A stretch of 64,000 nucleotides of DNA from Dictyostelium discoideum (lineage: Eukaryota). The position numbers and the translations under genes were made by a program. Location of the stretch: the NCBI GenBank assembly GCA_000004695.1, contig CM000150.2, positions 160,001 through 224,000 on the forward strand, given 5' to 3'. Below, piece by piece: positions 46,363-64,000 of the stretch (position 1 is the stretch's first letter; each line of letters opens with the position of its first letter). The notes below the pieces were generated by a model. It did no database searches. It was not told the DNA's origin and saw nothing but the letters and a program-made list of their open reading frames with translations.

Positions 46363-46582
46363 CTTACGAATCTTGAAATACATTTGGTTCCAATGGATTT
46401 GAAAATGGAGTTTTTGATGAAGTTAAATCATTCAATTGTTTTGATGTATCACCAATCTCTTGTAGATTTCTTTCAATGTTGAATGATGATAACCCAATTG
46501 GACTTGAAAATGATGATATTCTATTGATTATTTGATTGGATTTATTTGATAAATCATTAAAATCCATTTCCTTTACATTCAT
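43416..46582 (-). CDS. nup93: Nucleoporin Nup93/Nic96 homologue. Three exons, about 46582-46373, 46235-44206 and 44078-43416.
   Basis: Donor GTAAGT after ...PNVFQDS, acceptor AATAG|AAAATATGG. The central region reads ...DEIYEGCSIWCIIYYLLRSGYTLEAYQFALEKCGSRYFDIL..., typical of Nic96. Donor GTAAGT sits at about 44205 and an acceptor at about 44079. Poly-Q tracts are present. Confidence 0.55.
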
Positions 46583-46836
46583 TTTTTTTTCCCTCCTTTT
46601 TTATTTATTTATCATAAATGTTGGGTTAATAGTTGAACAACACTTTCCAAAAAAAAAAAAAAAAAAAAAAAAAAATTAAAAAATAAAAAAATAAAAAAAT
46701 ATGAAAAATTCAAAAAAAAAAAAAATAAACAAAAATAAAAATAAAAAAAAACGAATTTTTTTTTATTTTTTTTTAATTTTGAATTTTTCATATTTTTTTT
46801 TTATTTTTTAATTTTTAATTTAAACAAACAAATAAA

Positions 46837-47170
46837 ATGAACGGTGGAGCACCAACAAAGATTGCAAATTTTCTTCATAAATCAATTGTTTCAGTATTAG
46901 CACTCACATCATTAGGCTGTGGTGTTTTTGTTATCAGTGCAACTGCTGATTTATTGGAAAGAAGAAAAGTATGTATACTTTACTTTTTTTTTTTTTTTAT
47001 TATTTCTATTCATTTTTATTTATTATATATATTTAAAATTATTAACCTCTATCAATTCAATAGAAAAGAAGGGAAGAAGAAGATAGAATTATAAATGAAT
47101 TTATTGAAAATGATAAAAAAAGAATTTTAGAAGAAAATTTAAGACAACAACAACAGCAACAACAAAAATA
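46837..47170 (+). CDS. Small single-pass membrane protein (about 80 aa) with one intron (donor at 46970, acceptor at about 47062).
   Basis: MNGGAPTKIANFLHKSIVSVLALTSLGCGVFVISATADLLERRK|KRREEEDRIINEFIENDKKRILEENLRQQQQQQQK. The intron runs from GTATGT to an AT-rich CAATAG. Confidence 0.4.
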
Positions 47171-47267
47171 AAATATTATTGGAAGAATATTTATTATAAA
47201 ATGTGTAAATAAATGGCTTTGGTATGATTTATTTCATTCCCACCAAATATCTAACTTCTATGTATAG

Positions 47268-47304
<37 letters not shown>

Positions 47305-48099
47305 TGTAATTCAAAATAGGATATATCTATTTTAAGAAAAAAAAAAAACATTTAATTTTTTATTTAAATCTATTCAAGCGTTTTCCAACTTTTTTTTTTT
47401 TTTTTTTTTTGTGAGTTTTTTGTTTTTTGTTTTTTTTTTATTTTTATTATTTCCCATTTTTCAACGTTACACATTTCCAACATTACACTCACACAAAAAA
47501 AAAAGATAAAAAGAAATGCACACAAAAAAAAAAAATAAAAATAAAATAAAAAAGAAATATCAACATTACACTCACTCAAAAAGATAAAAAATCACCTGAT
47601 TGCTTTATTTTGTAACACTTCTTAACACAACCATCTTTTTATCTCTACATAAATCAACTTTTTCACAACATTTTGATATTATGGAGACAAACTTGGAACG
47701 TCAACATCAACATCCAGTGTGTCAGTATTTTAATTTTTATGCATCCAAATCACTTACTTTGGGGAATCCATTGATTTCACACTCAGACAGCACAAGAAGA
47801 ATAGACATACACTGTTTATCAAATTCAATAGAAGTCTCTTTAAATTAATCAATTTGAAGATGATGATATTGAAAAGGATAAGGATATTTCAATTGCACCA
47901 TCAACATCAGAGTTAATATTTAAATTACCCGAAAATTAAAAATTAAATTGAAATAAAAGAAAAATAATAATCTATTTTTAGAAAAAAAAAAAAAAAAAAA
48001 ACAAAAAACAAAAAAAAAAAAAAAAAAAAAAAACAAAACCAATTTTTTTTTTTTTTTATTTTTACTTTTTTCAAAACACAATTAAGAATTTCAAATAAT

Positions 48100-48200
48100 A
48101 TGTCTGCAGACTCTAAAAATCAAAAGAAAGTTCTTTTTGTTTGCTTAGGAAATGTAATAATTTTAATACATTTTTGTTTTCTAAACCATTTCTAATTTTT

Positions 48201-48232
<32 letters not shown>

Positions 48233-48442
48233 TTTGTCGTTCCACTATGGCAGAGATTGTGCTCAGAGGACTTGTCCATTCAAGAGGAATTTTAGATGAT
48301 TTTCAAATTGATAGTGCAGGTACTTCTTCTTATCATATTGGAGATACTCCTGACCCAAGAACAGGTGAGTGTTCAAAAGATTTTATTAAAAAAAAAAATA
48401 AAAAATAAAAAAAGTAGAAATAAAAATGGGTAAATGGTCTAA

Positions 48443-48477
<35 letters not shown>

Positions 48478-48845
48478 AATTATATAAAGTTCAATCATGT
48501 AATCAAAATATGGGCAGGGCAATATCAGAGGAATCATTGAAACACTTTAAATCGATTCCTTTACATAGAGCAAGACAATTTACAGATGAAGATTTTAGTA
48601 AATTTGATTATATCTTTGCAATGGATGAATCCAATTTATCAAACATTAAAAAAGTGTTGAAACACTCCACCACAAAGGATAATCATATTGCAACCATTAA
48701 AAGATTAGGTGAATATCACACACATAAAAAAATTAATGTAGAAGATCCTTACTATGGTGATATGTCAAATTTTAATATTTGTTTCAATCATGTTCACGAT
48801 TGTTTGGTAAATTTTTTGAAAGAAATAGAATCTTTAAATTAATTA
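48100..48845 (+). CDS. Low-molecular-weight protein tyrosine phosphatase (ACP1 family). Three exons: 48100-48153, 48231-48362 and 48492-48845.
   Basis: P-loop VLFVCLGNICRS (C-x5-R) spliced across intron 1, and DPR|VQSC aligned with the vertebrate DPRAVSCL. The C-terminus reads YYGDMSNF. Donor and acceptor sites are canonical. Confidence 0.8.
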
Positions 48846-48944
48846 TTGGATTCTATTTTTTTGTAATAAAATTATTATTATTATTATTTTTTGTATAAAA
48901 TTATTATTGTCTTTTTTTTTATTTTTTTTTATTTTGTTTTTTTT

Positions 48945-49680
48945 TTAATGTTTTGGTGGTTTATAACCATCAACTGTCATATTTCTTGATGCACTTGGTA
49001 ATGTTACCTCCATACCTTCTAATTCTTTAGTTAGTTTAATTTGACAACCTAATCTAGAGCTTTATTTTTATTATTATTTTTATTTTATAATGTTAACATG
49101 TGTTTTGAAATTAATTAATTTATCATTAGTTTTTATTATTTTTTTTTTATTATTTTATTTTTATATATATTTTTTTTTAAACATACTTTTCTTTGAGTTG
49201 AAAAGCTAAATCCAACATATCATTCTCTTCATCAGTTGGTTCAGGTAAAATATTATAAATTTTTGGTTCTAAATAAACGTGACATGTTGAACATGCACAT
49301 GAACATTCACAAGCTCCTTCTAAATCAACATCATTGTCATGTGCTGCTTCCAATATATTTTTACCAACTTCTTCTGTAACTTTGGTTTTTGATCCATCTT
49401 TATTTATAAATGTAAATGTAACTCTTTATATTTTTATTATTATTATTATTATTATTATTTTTTTTTTTTTTCAATTATAATTTAAAATATTAAAAATTAG
49501 TAAACGATAAAGAAATTCTTTATCAAATGATTACCAACCATTGGTAGACATACTTATTATCATTGCTACTTGATGAAAATTGTCTATATATTATTCCATT
49601 TGAAAATTTATTTTTATTGTTTGTAATTTTGTTGAATCTTTTTATGTTATTAAAACATACTTGTTTAAAAATTTGGTTCA
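48945..49680 (-). CDS. Adrenodoxin-type mitochondrial [2Fe-2S] ferredoxin. Three exons, about 49680-49554, 49423-49187 and 49062-48945.
   Basis: [14 protein letters not shown] cluster motif (C-x5-C-x2-C ... C) and SRLGCQIKL. The N-terminal presequence is basic and hydroxylated. Donors are GTATGT in both introns. Confidence 0.75.
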
Positions 49681-49930
49681 TTGTGTTGTTAAAAATAAAT
49701 AAAATATAAAAGATAAAAAAAAAAAAACTGAAAAAAAAAAAAAAAAAAAAAAAAAATGAAAAATGAAAAATGAAAAAGAATCTTCGGTCAAAACAACTAA
49801 TTAATTTGTATTCGTTTTTGAAAATATCAAAAAAAAAAAAAAAAAAAAAAAAACAAAAAAAAAAATATTTACTCCTTTCGTTGTTTTTTCAAATAAAAAC
49901 ACTCATTTCCAAATCTATATTAAAAAAATG

Positions 49931-49972
<42 letters not shown>

Positions 49973-50205
49973 TTTTTGGCATTAAATAAAAATTAAATAA
50001 TATACCTATTCATTGAAATTATTTGATTTATCTTTAAAATGTTTCAGGGCAACACTATTGATAGAATTAACCAATATTAAGAAAGAAAAATTAGTGGAAA
50101 TAGATGGTGATAAACGTTTTAAATATCTTGAAAACTAAAAAATAAATTAAAAATCCAACACTTTTCGTAAGAAAATAGGGGATTAAAAAAAAAAAAAAAA
50201 AAAAA

Positions 50206-50243
<38 letters not shown>

Positions 50244-50355
50244 TTTCATATTTTTTTTAGTTTCTAATAAATTTTATTATAATTAAAATTTTTTTTTTTT
50301 TATTTCTTTTATTTTTTTCATTTTCCCAAATTATTAATAGGTTTATTAATTTAAA

Positions 50356-51190
50356 ATGAAGATATATGAAAATGATAAAGGAAACATAACGATTGAATGG
50401 GATATAATGATAAAAGAAATGTTTGATTTTATTGGGTTGTATGACCATGAAACCAAAGTGATAAATGATTATATTGGATATTGGAATATTGGAGGATATC
50501 AAGGTAATGGAATCAAAGATACAGGTATAGTTTGCGATAGGAATTGTAGTTATTATTTAAAATATTGGAGAGCAGTCGAAACGAATTCAATCAAGAGCAC
50601 AACACCATCAATTTTCAGTTCACCATCAAACTATCAGTTGATTGAAATCGCTACACTCAAAGGTAATCCATCAATTAGTATATCAGGTGAACCTGGTGAA
50701 CCATTATTGGTTAAATGGTCACACTCTAATTGTAGTAATGCAAATAATTTCATTGGTATTCACAATAGTACAAATTCATTACCTCATAATGCTAATAGAT
50801 ATTTAGATTGGTGTTATGCTAATAAGTTCAATGGCCAATTCAAATCCAAATTAATAAATAGAGGTTTACCTTATTATGCAGTTTTATGGGCAAAAGTAAA
50901 AGGTAATCAAAAGTTCATTCCATTATCAATATCTTCAAAATTAGGTCCTTCTCCAAAAAGATTATCAATCGTTGAAGCTTATAATACAAATGAAGATCAT
51001 GCTCCGTTATCAAACTCCATCAATTTAAATATTCGTTGGCATAATTACCATTATTATCATATTCATGATTATGTTTTTTTATCAATAAATAAAAACATTC
51101 ATATCAATTCAAATGATAATAATTCAAATAATAATAATTCAAATAATAATAATTCAAATGATAATAATTCAAATGATAATAACTCAAATG

Positions 51191-51270
<80 letters not shown>

Positions 51271-52557
51271 CAAATTGAAAATAAAGCACTCTCTTATTTA
51301 ACTGGTGAATCATTTCTTATTAAAAATTATTCAAATGGAGTTTGCGAAACTTCTTATCAATTAAAAGGTTTGGATGAGAGTGAGGATTTTGTTGCAAATT
51401 ATTGCAGTTATAGTTATGAAGAAAAAAAATTTACATTAATCGAGCAAAGGATGTTTAAAGGTAAACTTTTATTTATTATTATTATTTATTATTTATTATT
51501 ATTTATTATTATTTATTATTTTAAAATAAATAAATAATAAAATATAAAAAAAATAATTACTAATTTTATTAAACATTTTCTGAAAATATATTGAAAAAAA
51601 AAAAAAAAAAAAAAAAAAGAATTTTCAAATTGGATGTCAATTCATTGGGAAAAGATAAAAAATAAAATGGTAAGGGAATTAGTTATACCAGGAAGTCATG
51701 ATGCAACAACCTATGGAATTAATTCATCATCTAAAAGATCACCAGATTATAAAAGCCCAAATTTTACACCAGATTTAATAATTTCAAAATGGTCAAAAAC
51801 TCAAAGTGCAACCATTTATAAACAATTACTATTTGGTGTTAGATATTTCGATTTAAGAGTAGCACCATATCCAACAACTGGTGAATTATGGACAATACAT
51901 AATATGTTTTCAGTACCAATCTCTGAAGTTTTGGATGACATTGAAAGATTTATGAAAAATGGACCAAAAAGAGAGATTTTAATATTACATTGGAACCATT
52001 TGGATTATCTCTCCAATGAACAACATGTCCAACTACAAACTATGATAAAACAAAAACTTTCTCCATTTATGGCTCCAAGATCATTTGGTAATGATGTAAC
52101 CGTACAACAACTAGAACTTACTCCAATAATAAATGTTTATGATGATGGTTTCAGGAAATTGGCAGAAGAATCACAACCTGCAAAAAATGACACCATAGAG
52201 TTTGAAACATTCTTTTGGTATTTTCATCAATCATTACGTTCAAGTTATGAGACTAAAGAGTATCACACTTCAAAAACTGTCATTAAATTCCTTGAAAGAG
52301 AGATTGAAAAAAATCATTCAACATTTTGGGTTCTACAATGTATCCTAACAGTAAATTCTCAATTAAACTTTAATAATGTCCTTAAAATAGCAAAGGATTC
52401 TTTGTTTAGCTGGAATAATTCTGAAATTCCAACCTTTTTAAACTTTTTGGATAAATTGGAAAGAAATCAAACAAAGTGTAATATTATAATGACTGATTTT
52501 TGTACTTTTATGGATGTAACACAATATGCAATTAGAAGAAATATTTCTTCATAAAAA
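50356..52557 (+). CDS. PI-PLC X-domain-containing protein (PLCXD family) with an N-terminal Asn-rich extension. Two exons: 50356-51466 and 51620-52557.
   Basis: Exon 2 reads VIPGSHDATTYG...RYFDLRV...LHWNHL, the catalytic X-box pattern. The donor is AAAG|GTAAAC in phase 1 and the acceptor lies at 51618-51619. Confidence 0.65.
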
Positions 52558-52708
52558 AAAAAAAAAAATACTAAATATATGTTTAAAATTTGTAAATAAA
52601 CTATGGTTTTTTTTTTTTTTTTTTTTTTTTTGCAATATCAAATTATTGTTATTTTATTGTATAATTATTATTTTTGAAAATTAAAAAAAATTAAAAGTAA
52701 GATTGTAT

Positions 52709-54898
52709 ATTTTATTTTGATGTATTAAAAACTCTTTTACCAGATCTTGGATCCACTGTCATACCATAATTTAATCTTTCTCCATGAGTTACAGTTGTAC
52801 TTGATGAAGCAGAAGGAGAGCATTTCATACAATAGTCTTTTTGGTCAAGACGAACAAATTGAGTACCAGTGATTTGACTTTTACATTTGAAACAATTGAC
52901 ACTTGATGAAGATGAGGATGAGGATGTATGTTTTTCATTATCATAACAAGATTTATGATATACTTTACCAGCAACTTTTAAAATTGAGCCCTCAATGATT
53001 GGTTTACTACATTTGGCACAATGATCAGTTGTTGTTGATTGTTGAATTTTAATTGAACATTTTTGACAATATGGTTTTTTATCATGAGGAAAGTATCCAG
53101 TGAGTAAAGGGGCATTACAAGATTTATCTGTACATTTGAAGCAACCTTTATGATAGAATGAATCGAAAATTTTAGCCACTTCTCCATTCAATGGTTTAAC
53201 ACATACAACACAACGATCACTATCAAGCCATCCAGAAGTAATGAATGGTGAACCACCTTGTTTTGGTTGTTTTTGATTTCCACTTGTGTATTGATTCAAT
53301 TGACTTGCACAAGGATTACAAAATGGTTCATTATCAACCTCTGTGAAATCTTCTTTCAAGTTTTTACTACAAGAATAACATTTTAAACAATTTGGATGAT
53401 ATGGTCTGTCTAATGCTTCAACTGATGAACCTGAAATTGGTTTTTTACAATCATGACAATTCTTTGATGATTTGTTATTATTGCTTGAACATGGACCACA
53501 TAATGGATTACCTGTAGTTGGTGATTTTTTGATTTGATCATTTTGATTTAAATTCTTATTACAACTATCACATTTGAAACATTGAGGATGAAAATTTTTA
53601 TCCATTACACTGATGGCACTACCAACCAACTCTCCATTACATTTACCACAAGTTCCATCTTTTTCATGAGGAGTACAATATTTATCTCTATCATCACCAT
53701 ACTTTTTAGTTTTATTGTCAACTGGTTTATCACACATTTTACATGAGTCTGATTTCTTTTTTGCTAATGGAGAATTAGAGTTGGTGGTGGTGGTGGTGGT
53801 AGTTGGTTTATTATGATTATGATGGTGATGATCATGACCATCTTTATCCATGACTTGCTTTGGTTTATTTCTATCTTTTGCACAAGGTTCACAATATTTT
53901 GAAATACCCTCTTCATAATATCCATCTTCTAAACTTTTACCACAAGATTTACAAGAACAAGAATCACAAACCTTTTTTCCATCTTTTACTTGGAAATTAC
54001 CAATTAATGGGTCATGACATAAATCACAGATACAACTTGTACAATATTTCTTTTCTTTATCATTTTCATCTGGTACATAACCTTTTTCTAAAGAACCAAA
54101 ACAACCTGAACATTTATTGTTGTTGTTGTTGTTGGATTTGTTTTTTCCTCCTGATGAATTATTTGACCCTCCTAAATTTGTTGCACCCAACATACAATTT
54201 TCACACCAAAAATTGTTTGATTCTTGGTAGAATTTCTTTTTTGGATCCAATTTACAACTACAAGAACAACAAACTGCACAAGAAGTATGGAATTGTTGAG
54301 TCATTGTTGTCAAGTAATCATTATTTGTGATGGCTTTTTTACAAGCAGAACAATTCATACCTTGGAATTTTAACAAATCTAATTGTGGACCTTTATAAGT
54401 TTGTGATGCTCTTGCTGCTCTACCTAACCAATATAGTGTAATTGCGATCTATTTTCATTTTTTTTTTTTTTTTTAAGATTTTTTTTTTTAGTGAATGTTT
54501 TTTTTTTTTTTTTTTTTTTTTTTTTTCAAACATAGTTTTCCAATTTTCATAAAATAAAATTTCTTTATAATTACATTTCTAATTCTTATACTTTCAAATA
54601 AATCTTGAGATTCAAATAATTGAGTATCACGTAAACCCATTGAATGTTTGGCTGATTTAATAAATAATTGGATATTTTCTCTCTTTGCAAAGTCAGTTGA
54701 TGGAGATTGGTTATATTTTGGAACAGAATTTGGTTGGATTTGATTTATTAATTTACATAAAAAGATACCATCTCTTAAAGAACTTTGAAAGTCTGATGGA
54801 AACTTTTGATTGATTACTCTCTCTATCCAATCTCTGGATTCATCTAAAGCCAATTCCAAATTAAATGCTGAAGTTGATGTCCAATTTGCTTTTATCAT
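52709..54898 (-). CDS. Calponin-homology plus multi-LIM domain protein (ChLim-like). Two exons, about 54898-54587 and 54448-52709.
   Basis: Exon 1 is a CH domain (...WIERVINQKFPSD...FLCKLINQIQPNSV...). Exon 2 carries at least 5 LIM-type C-x2-C-x16-23-H-x2-C-x2-C-x2-C-x16-21-C-x2-(C/H/D) units, e.g. CAKCSKPIIEGSILKVAGKVYHKSCY. Donor GTAATT, acceptor AATAG. Confidence 0.6.
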
Positions 54899-55247
54899 AT
54901 TTTTTATTAATTAAGTAATAAATTTAAAAAAAAAAAAAAAAAAAAAAATAGTGATTTTGAAAATAAAAATAAAATAAAAAAAAAAAAAAAAAGAATAGAA
55001 AATTGATTTAAAAAAAAAATGGTGGTTTAAAAATAAAATTAAAAATTAAAAAAATAAAAATAAAAAAAAAATTATTTTTAGTTTCAAAAATTTTCTTTGA
55101 AAAAAAGTGGCTTTTATTAAAAAAAAAAAAAAAAAAGAAGAGAAAATTGATGAAAAAAAAAAAAAAAGAAAAAAAAAAGGGTTTGGAAAATAAAAATAAT
55201 AAAAATTAAAAAAATAAAAGGGTTTATTTATATTATATATATATATT

Positions 55248-55441
55248 ATTCTATTTATCATTTGTTGAATCTACTTTTATATTAGTTTGATTATTTTGCT
55301 TTTTGGATTCAACTGGAATTTCAATTTGTTGGTTCTTGTCATTTTCCAAAATTTGTTTTCTCACTTCAATAATATTTTGTTGTTCATTTTTTGATAATTG
55401 ATTGTTTTCGTTAATACGAATATTATTATTATTATTATTAA

Positions 55442-55487
<46 letters not shown>

Positions 55488-57568
55488 TTTTGGATCATCA
55501 ATAGGTATAAAATTAAATTGTGGTTGAGTTAAAATGGTTGGTTTAAAAACTTTTTGCTTTTTAAAATCTTCATCACGTTTTTTTTTTAATTCTTCTCTTT
55601 CTTTAATAAGTTGTTCTCTATTTTTTTTATTGGCTAAGGATTTGCTTGCAATGATATCTTTGATTTCATCCAAAGATAAAGTTTCATATTCCAAAAGTGC
55701 ATTTGCAATTAAATGATGTTCTTTAGAGTATTTCTTTAAGAGTTGAGTAGCTCTGATATAACTAGAGTCTAAAAGGGATTTAACTTCAGAATCAACCAAT
55801 TCTCTTTGAGCTGAACTAAGTTTCTTTTCGGATTGAATATAAATTTGACCAACTTTTTCAGACATACCATAATTTGAAACCATTGCTTTTGCGATAGAGG
55901 TAGCCTTTTGAATATCACTACTTGCGCCTTGAGAAATATTTTCCTTGCCAAGAATGAGTTCTTCAGCGGCTCTACCACCCATTGCAACATCCATTTGAGC
56001 GATCAATTGTTTCTTTGTAACAAAGGTTTCCTCTTTTTCCAACATACTAACCAAACCTAAAGCATCACCTCTTGGCATGATGGTTGCTTTATGAACGGTT
56101 CTAGCACCAGGTGTCATTATAGCAACCAAAGCATGACCAGCTTCATGGAATGCACAAATCTTTCTTGCTTCATCACTCATCAATAGACTATGTCTTTCTT
56201 TACCCATCATCAAGTTCTCCTTTGCGTTCTCCAATTGTTCCATGGTGATTTCTGGTAGGTTATGTTTGGTTGTCTCCAAAGCGGCCCAATTGACAAGATT
56301 AAAAAGATCGGCACCACTAAAACCTGGTGTACTTTGGGCGATAGTAGTTGTATTTACATGTGAAGCAATTGGTTTATCCTTGAGGTAATGATCAATGATT
56401 GATTTTCTTGCCTTTCCATCTGGTAATGGTACTTGAATGATACGATCGAATCTACCTGAACGAATTAAAGCGGTATCCAAAGAATCTTGATAGTTGGTAG
56501 CAGCCATAACCATAACACCCTCTCTACCATCGAAACCATCCAACTCTACCAACAATTGATTTAAAGCTTCAGATGGATGATAATTTACACGCTTTGTACG
56601 ACTTCCACCAACGGAATCAATTTCATCAATGAATACGATACATGGTGAATTCTTTCTTGCGGCCTCAAAGAGTTCACGTACACGTTTTGCACCAACACCA
56701 ACAAATGCCTCTTCAAACTCTGAACCATTGATGGTGATAAATGAAACACGTGCTTCTCCTGCCAATGATTTGGCTAACAAAGTTTTACCTGTACCTGGTG
56801 GTCCAACCAATAATATACCCTTTGGCATAACTATATTACGTCTATAATATTTCTCTGGATTACGTAAGAAATCTACCAAATCTTGTAATTCTCCCTTTGC
56901 CTCTTCAGCTCCCATAACATCAGCAAATGTTGTATTTGGTCTCTCCACCAAGGTTTTGAATGGTTTACTTGTTAAAATTGACATTATTCCTCCCTTATCC
57001 TTACCTTTACTTGAATAAAAATAATATATAATAGCTCCAGCAACCAATATAAATAAAAGTACTTTAAATTTTGATTGAACAACTTGTACTTTTATTGGTT
57101 GTCCTACATTTAAATTATTATTATTTAATTGATCTTGATTATTTAATTTATCTGTTCCTGAAAATATCTATTTAGAAAAGTAAATAATAATAAATAATAA
57201 TAAATAATAATAATAATAATAAATAATAATAAATAATAATAATAAATAATAAATAATAATAATAAAAATAATTAGTGAAAAATAATAAAAATTTGATTTA
57301 TTATTAAATTACATACAGAAGTTGCTCTTTTTCTAAATGAAAGTAATGGTTTTGTTGTTGAAAATTCTCTGTTTAATGATAAAATATTTTCATTTCTTTT
57401 AAAAAGTGATGTGCTGAAAATATCATTGTGAGGGGTATTGCTAATTTTATTTAAGTTTTTTGCGCCATTAAATTGATTGTTTTGAGTAAATTTTTGAGAA
57501 ATATTACTAGCATAATATTTCGTTGTATTATTATTAAAAATACGAATAGGTAATCTATTCATTTCCAA
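55248..57568 (-). CDS. YME1/FtsH-type i-AAA metalloprotease (mitochondrial inner membrane). Two exons, about 57568-57322 and 57167-55248.
   Basis: Walker A GPPGTGKT, second region of homology, and zinc-protease HEAGH. A transmembrane segment lies before the AAA domain. The N-terminal exon is presequence-like. Confidence 0.75.
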
Positions 57569-57762
57569 TCAATATTTCTTTGGTGTGTGGTGTGGTTGTT
57601 GAAAATTTATAAAATAAAAAAAAAAAAATAAAAAAAAAAATAAAAAAATATAAAAAAAAAAAAAAAAAAATAAATGAAAATTTTTAATTTCCAACAACTC
57701 ATATTTATGTGTTTAAAAAAATAAAATAAAATAAAAAATAAAAATTTAAAAAAACCATTGCA
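57569..57762. promoter_or_regulatory. Putative bidirectional promoter region between the YME1-like gene (-) and the acidic protein gene (+).
   Basis: Short AT-rich divergent intergenic spacer. This is inferred from position only. Confidence 0.25.
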
Positions 57763-58368
57763 ATGGATCTAAATAAAAAAGAAAATAACCAAGCAGATGA
57801 TGAAAAAGGAGACATTAATAATTTAGATATCTCAAATAAAATAGTAAATAAAGATGAATTAGAATCAACAATATTGAAAAACGATATTGGAGCAAACACA
57901 GAAAATAATACAATACTAGAGGAACAAGATTTTAAAATTCCACAAACTCCAAAGAAAGTGGAGGATAAACAATACTTAAAATCAATGATCTCAACTGTTT
58001 TTGAAAGTGATAAAGATGACAATGAAAAAGCTAATCAATTAATGAATCAACTATTAAAAAGTAGCACTAATTTCAATGAAAATGATACTCTCTTTAATGA
58101 AAATGATGATCATGATGATCCAAACAAAAAAAGAAAATTTTTTAACAAAATAAATGTAAATCAAAATAATCAAAATAATAATAATAATATTAATAATGGT
58201 GATGATAACGACGATGATCATGACCATAATAATAACAGAGAAAAAAAGAAACCAAATACCCTTAAATATGATGAAGATGATGAATTTGATTCAATTTTAA
58301 TAGAAAAAAAGAAAGAGTCTGAAACTATAAACAAAAATAAAAAAAAGGAAAAATTTAAATTTTGATTA
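57763..58368 (+). CDS. Acidic, Asn/Asp-rich low-complexity protein (200 aa), divergent from the YME1 gene.
   Basis: ORF with no recognisable domain. It shares a 190-bp AT-rich intergenic region with the 57568 start. Confidence 0.35.
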
Positions 58369-58593
58369 AAGGAATATTTATACATTTATTTTTTTTTTTT
58401 TTCTTTAAGTTTTTTATTCTAATGAAAAATAAACTTTTAAAAAAATAAATTTTATTTAAAATTTTTAATATTTAAATTGCGGAAGATCAAGATTTGAATT
58501 ATCAAAAATAATTGAAGTGTTCATTTTTTTTTTTTTTTCACTTTTCATTTTTTTGAAAAAATATCAAGAAATGTTTCTAATAATGATATCTAG

Positions 58594-58631
<38 letters not shown>

Positions 58632-58813
58632 TTTTTTTTTCACTTTTCATTTTTTTATTTTTTTTTTTTATTTTTTTTTTCAATCGTCAAAAAAAATAGC
58701 GGAATAAACTTTATTTATTAGATTTGTACAATAAGCATATATTATAGATAACTGTACCATTAAAATATAAAATATAAAAAATTTTTTAAAAAAAAAAAAA
58801 TAAAATAAACTTT

Positions 58814-58856
<43 letters not shown>

Positions 58857-58912
58857 AAAATAAAACTTTTAAAAAAAAAAAAAAAAAAACCAAAAAATAC
58901 ATATATATATTA

Positions 58913-64000
<5,088 letters not shown>

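Noticed and set aside
47600-47848. ORF 47600..47848(+), 82 aa.
   Set aside because: It is isolated in an AT-rich intergenic stretch and has no motif, no flanking splice evidence and no repeat support. It is more likely spurious than a gene.
51104-51313. Overlapping ORFs on both strands inside the PLCXD gene.
   Set aside because: They are alternative-frame readings of the (AAT)n/(GAT)n Asn-rich coding repeat.
53860-54330. ORF 53860..54330(+).
   Set aside because: It is antisense to the LIM-domain exon and has low complexity.

Overview
This window is AT-rich eukaryotic DNA with Dictyostelium discoideum-type composition, gene structure and repeat families. It has two parts.

Part A, roughly 1-38,000, is a nested transposon cluster. 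Its contents, left to right:
- The tail of a putative CACTA/EnSpm-like DNA transposon: the C-terminal part of a Tnp2-family transposase (1-1024), a 3-exon accessory gene (1143-2112) and subterminal repeats (2235-2507).
- A roughly 29 kb array of the Ty3/gypsy chromovirus Skipper bounded by a 5-bp TTAAA target-site duplication (2508-31517). It has three gag-pol copies, shared LTRs, and an in-frame TGA between gag and pol.
- DIRS-1 fragments (ITR, ORF1 and RT/RNase H pieces) with two GC-rich bacterial- or phage-like segments lodged between them (15919-17455 and 22905-24153).
- MITE-like derivatives of the CACTA-like element, ending in CACAGCAAAGAAAAA, that carry a tRNA-like pol III module.
- A TRE5-A non-LTR retrotransposon sitting 48 bp upstream of one such module.
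- A C2H2 zinc-finger ORF family lying between facing element termini.
- Three assembly gaps (N runs at 14494-14593 and 26470-26569, and a single N at 31308) that fall exactly on Skipper/DIRS junctions.

Part B, roughly 39,400-64,000, is ordinary gene-dense sequence with short AT-rich introns. The genes I can support are:
- an AN1-AN1 zinc-finger protein;
- an AAC/CAA-repeat protein;
- a Nup93/Nic96 nucleoporin;
- a small transmembrane protein;
- a low-molecular-weight protein tyrosine phosphatase;
- an adrenodoxin-type 2Fe-2S ferredoxin;
- a PI-PLC X-domain protein;
- a CH+LIM protein (ChLim-like);
- a YME1/FtsH-type AAA metalloprotease;
- an acidic low-complexity protein;
- a large ARM/HEAT-like protein that runs off the window.

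All identifications rest on motif reading of the supplied ORFs and on repeat self-comparison within the window. No database search was possible.
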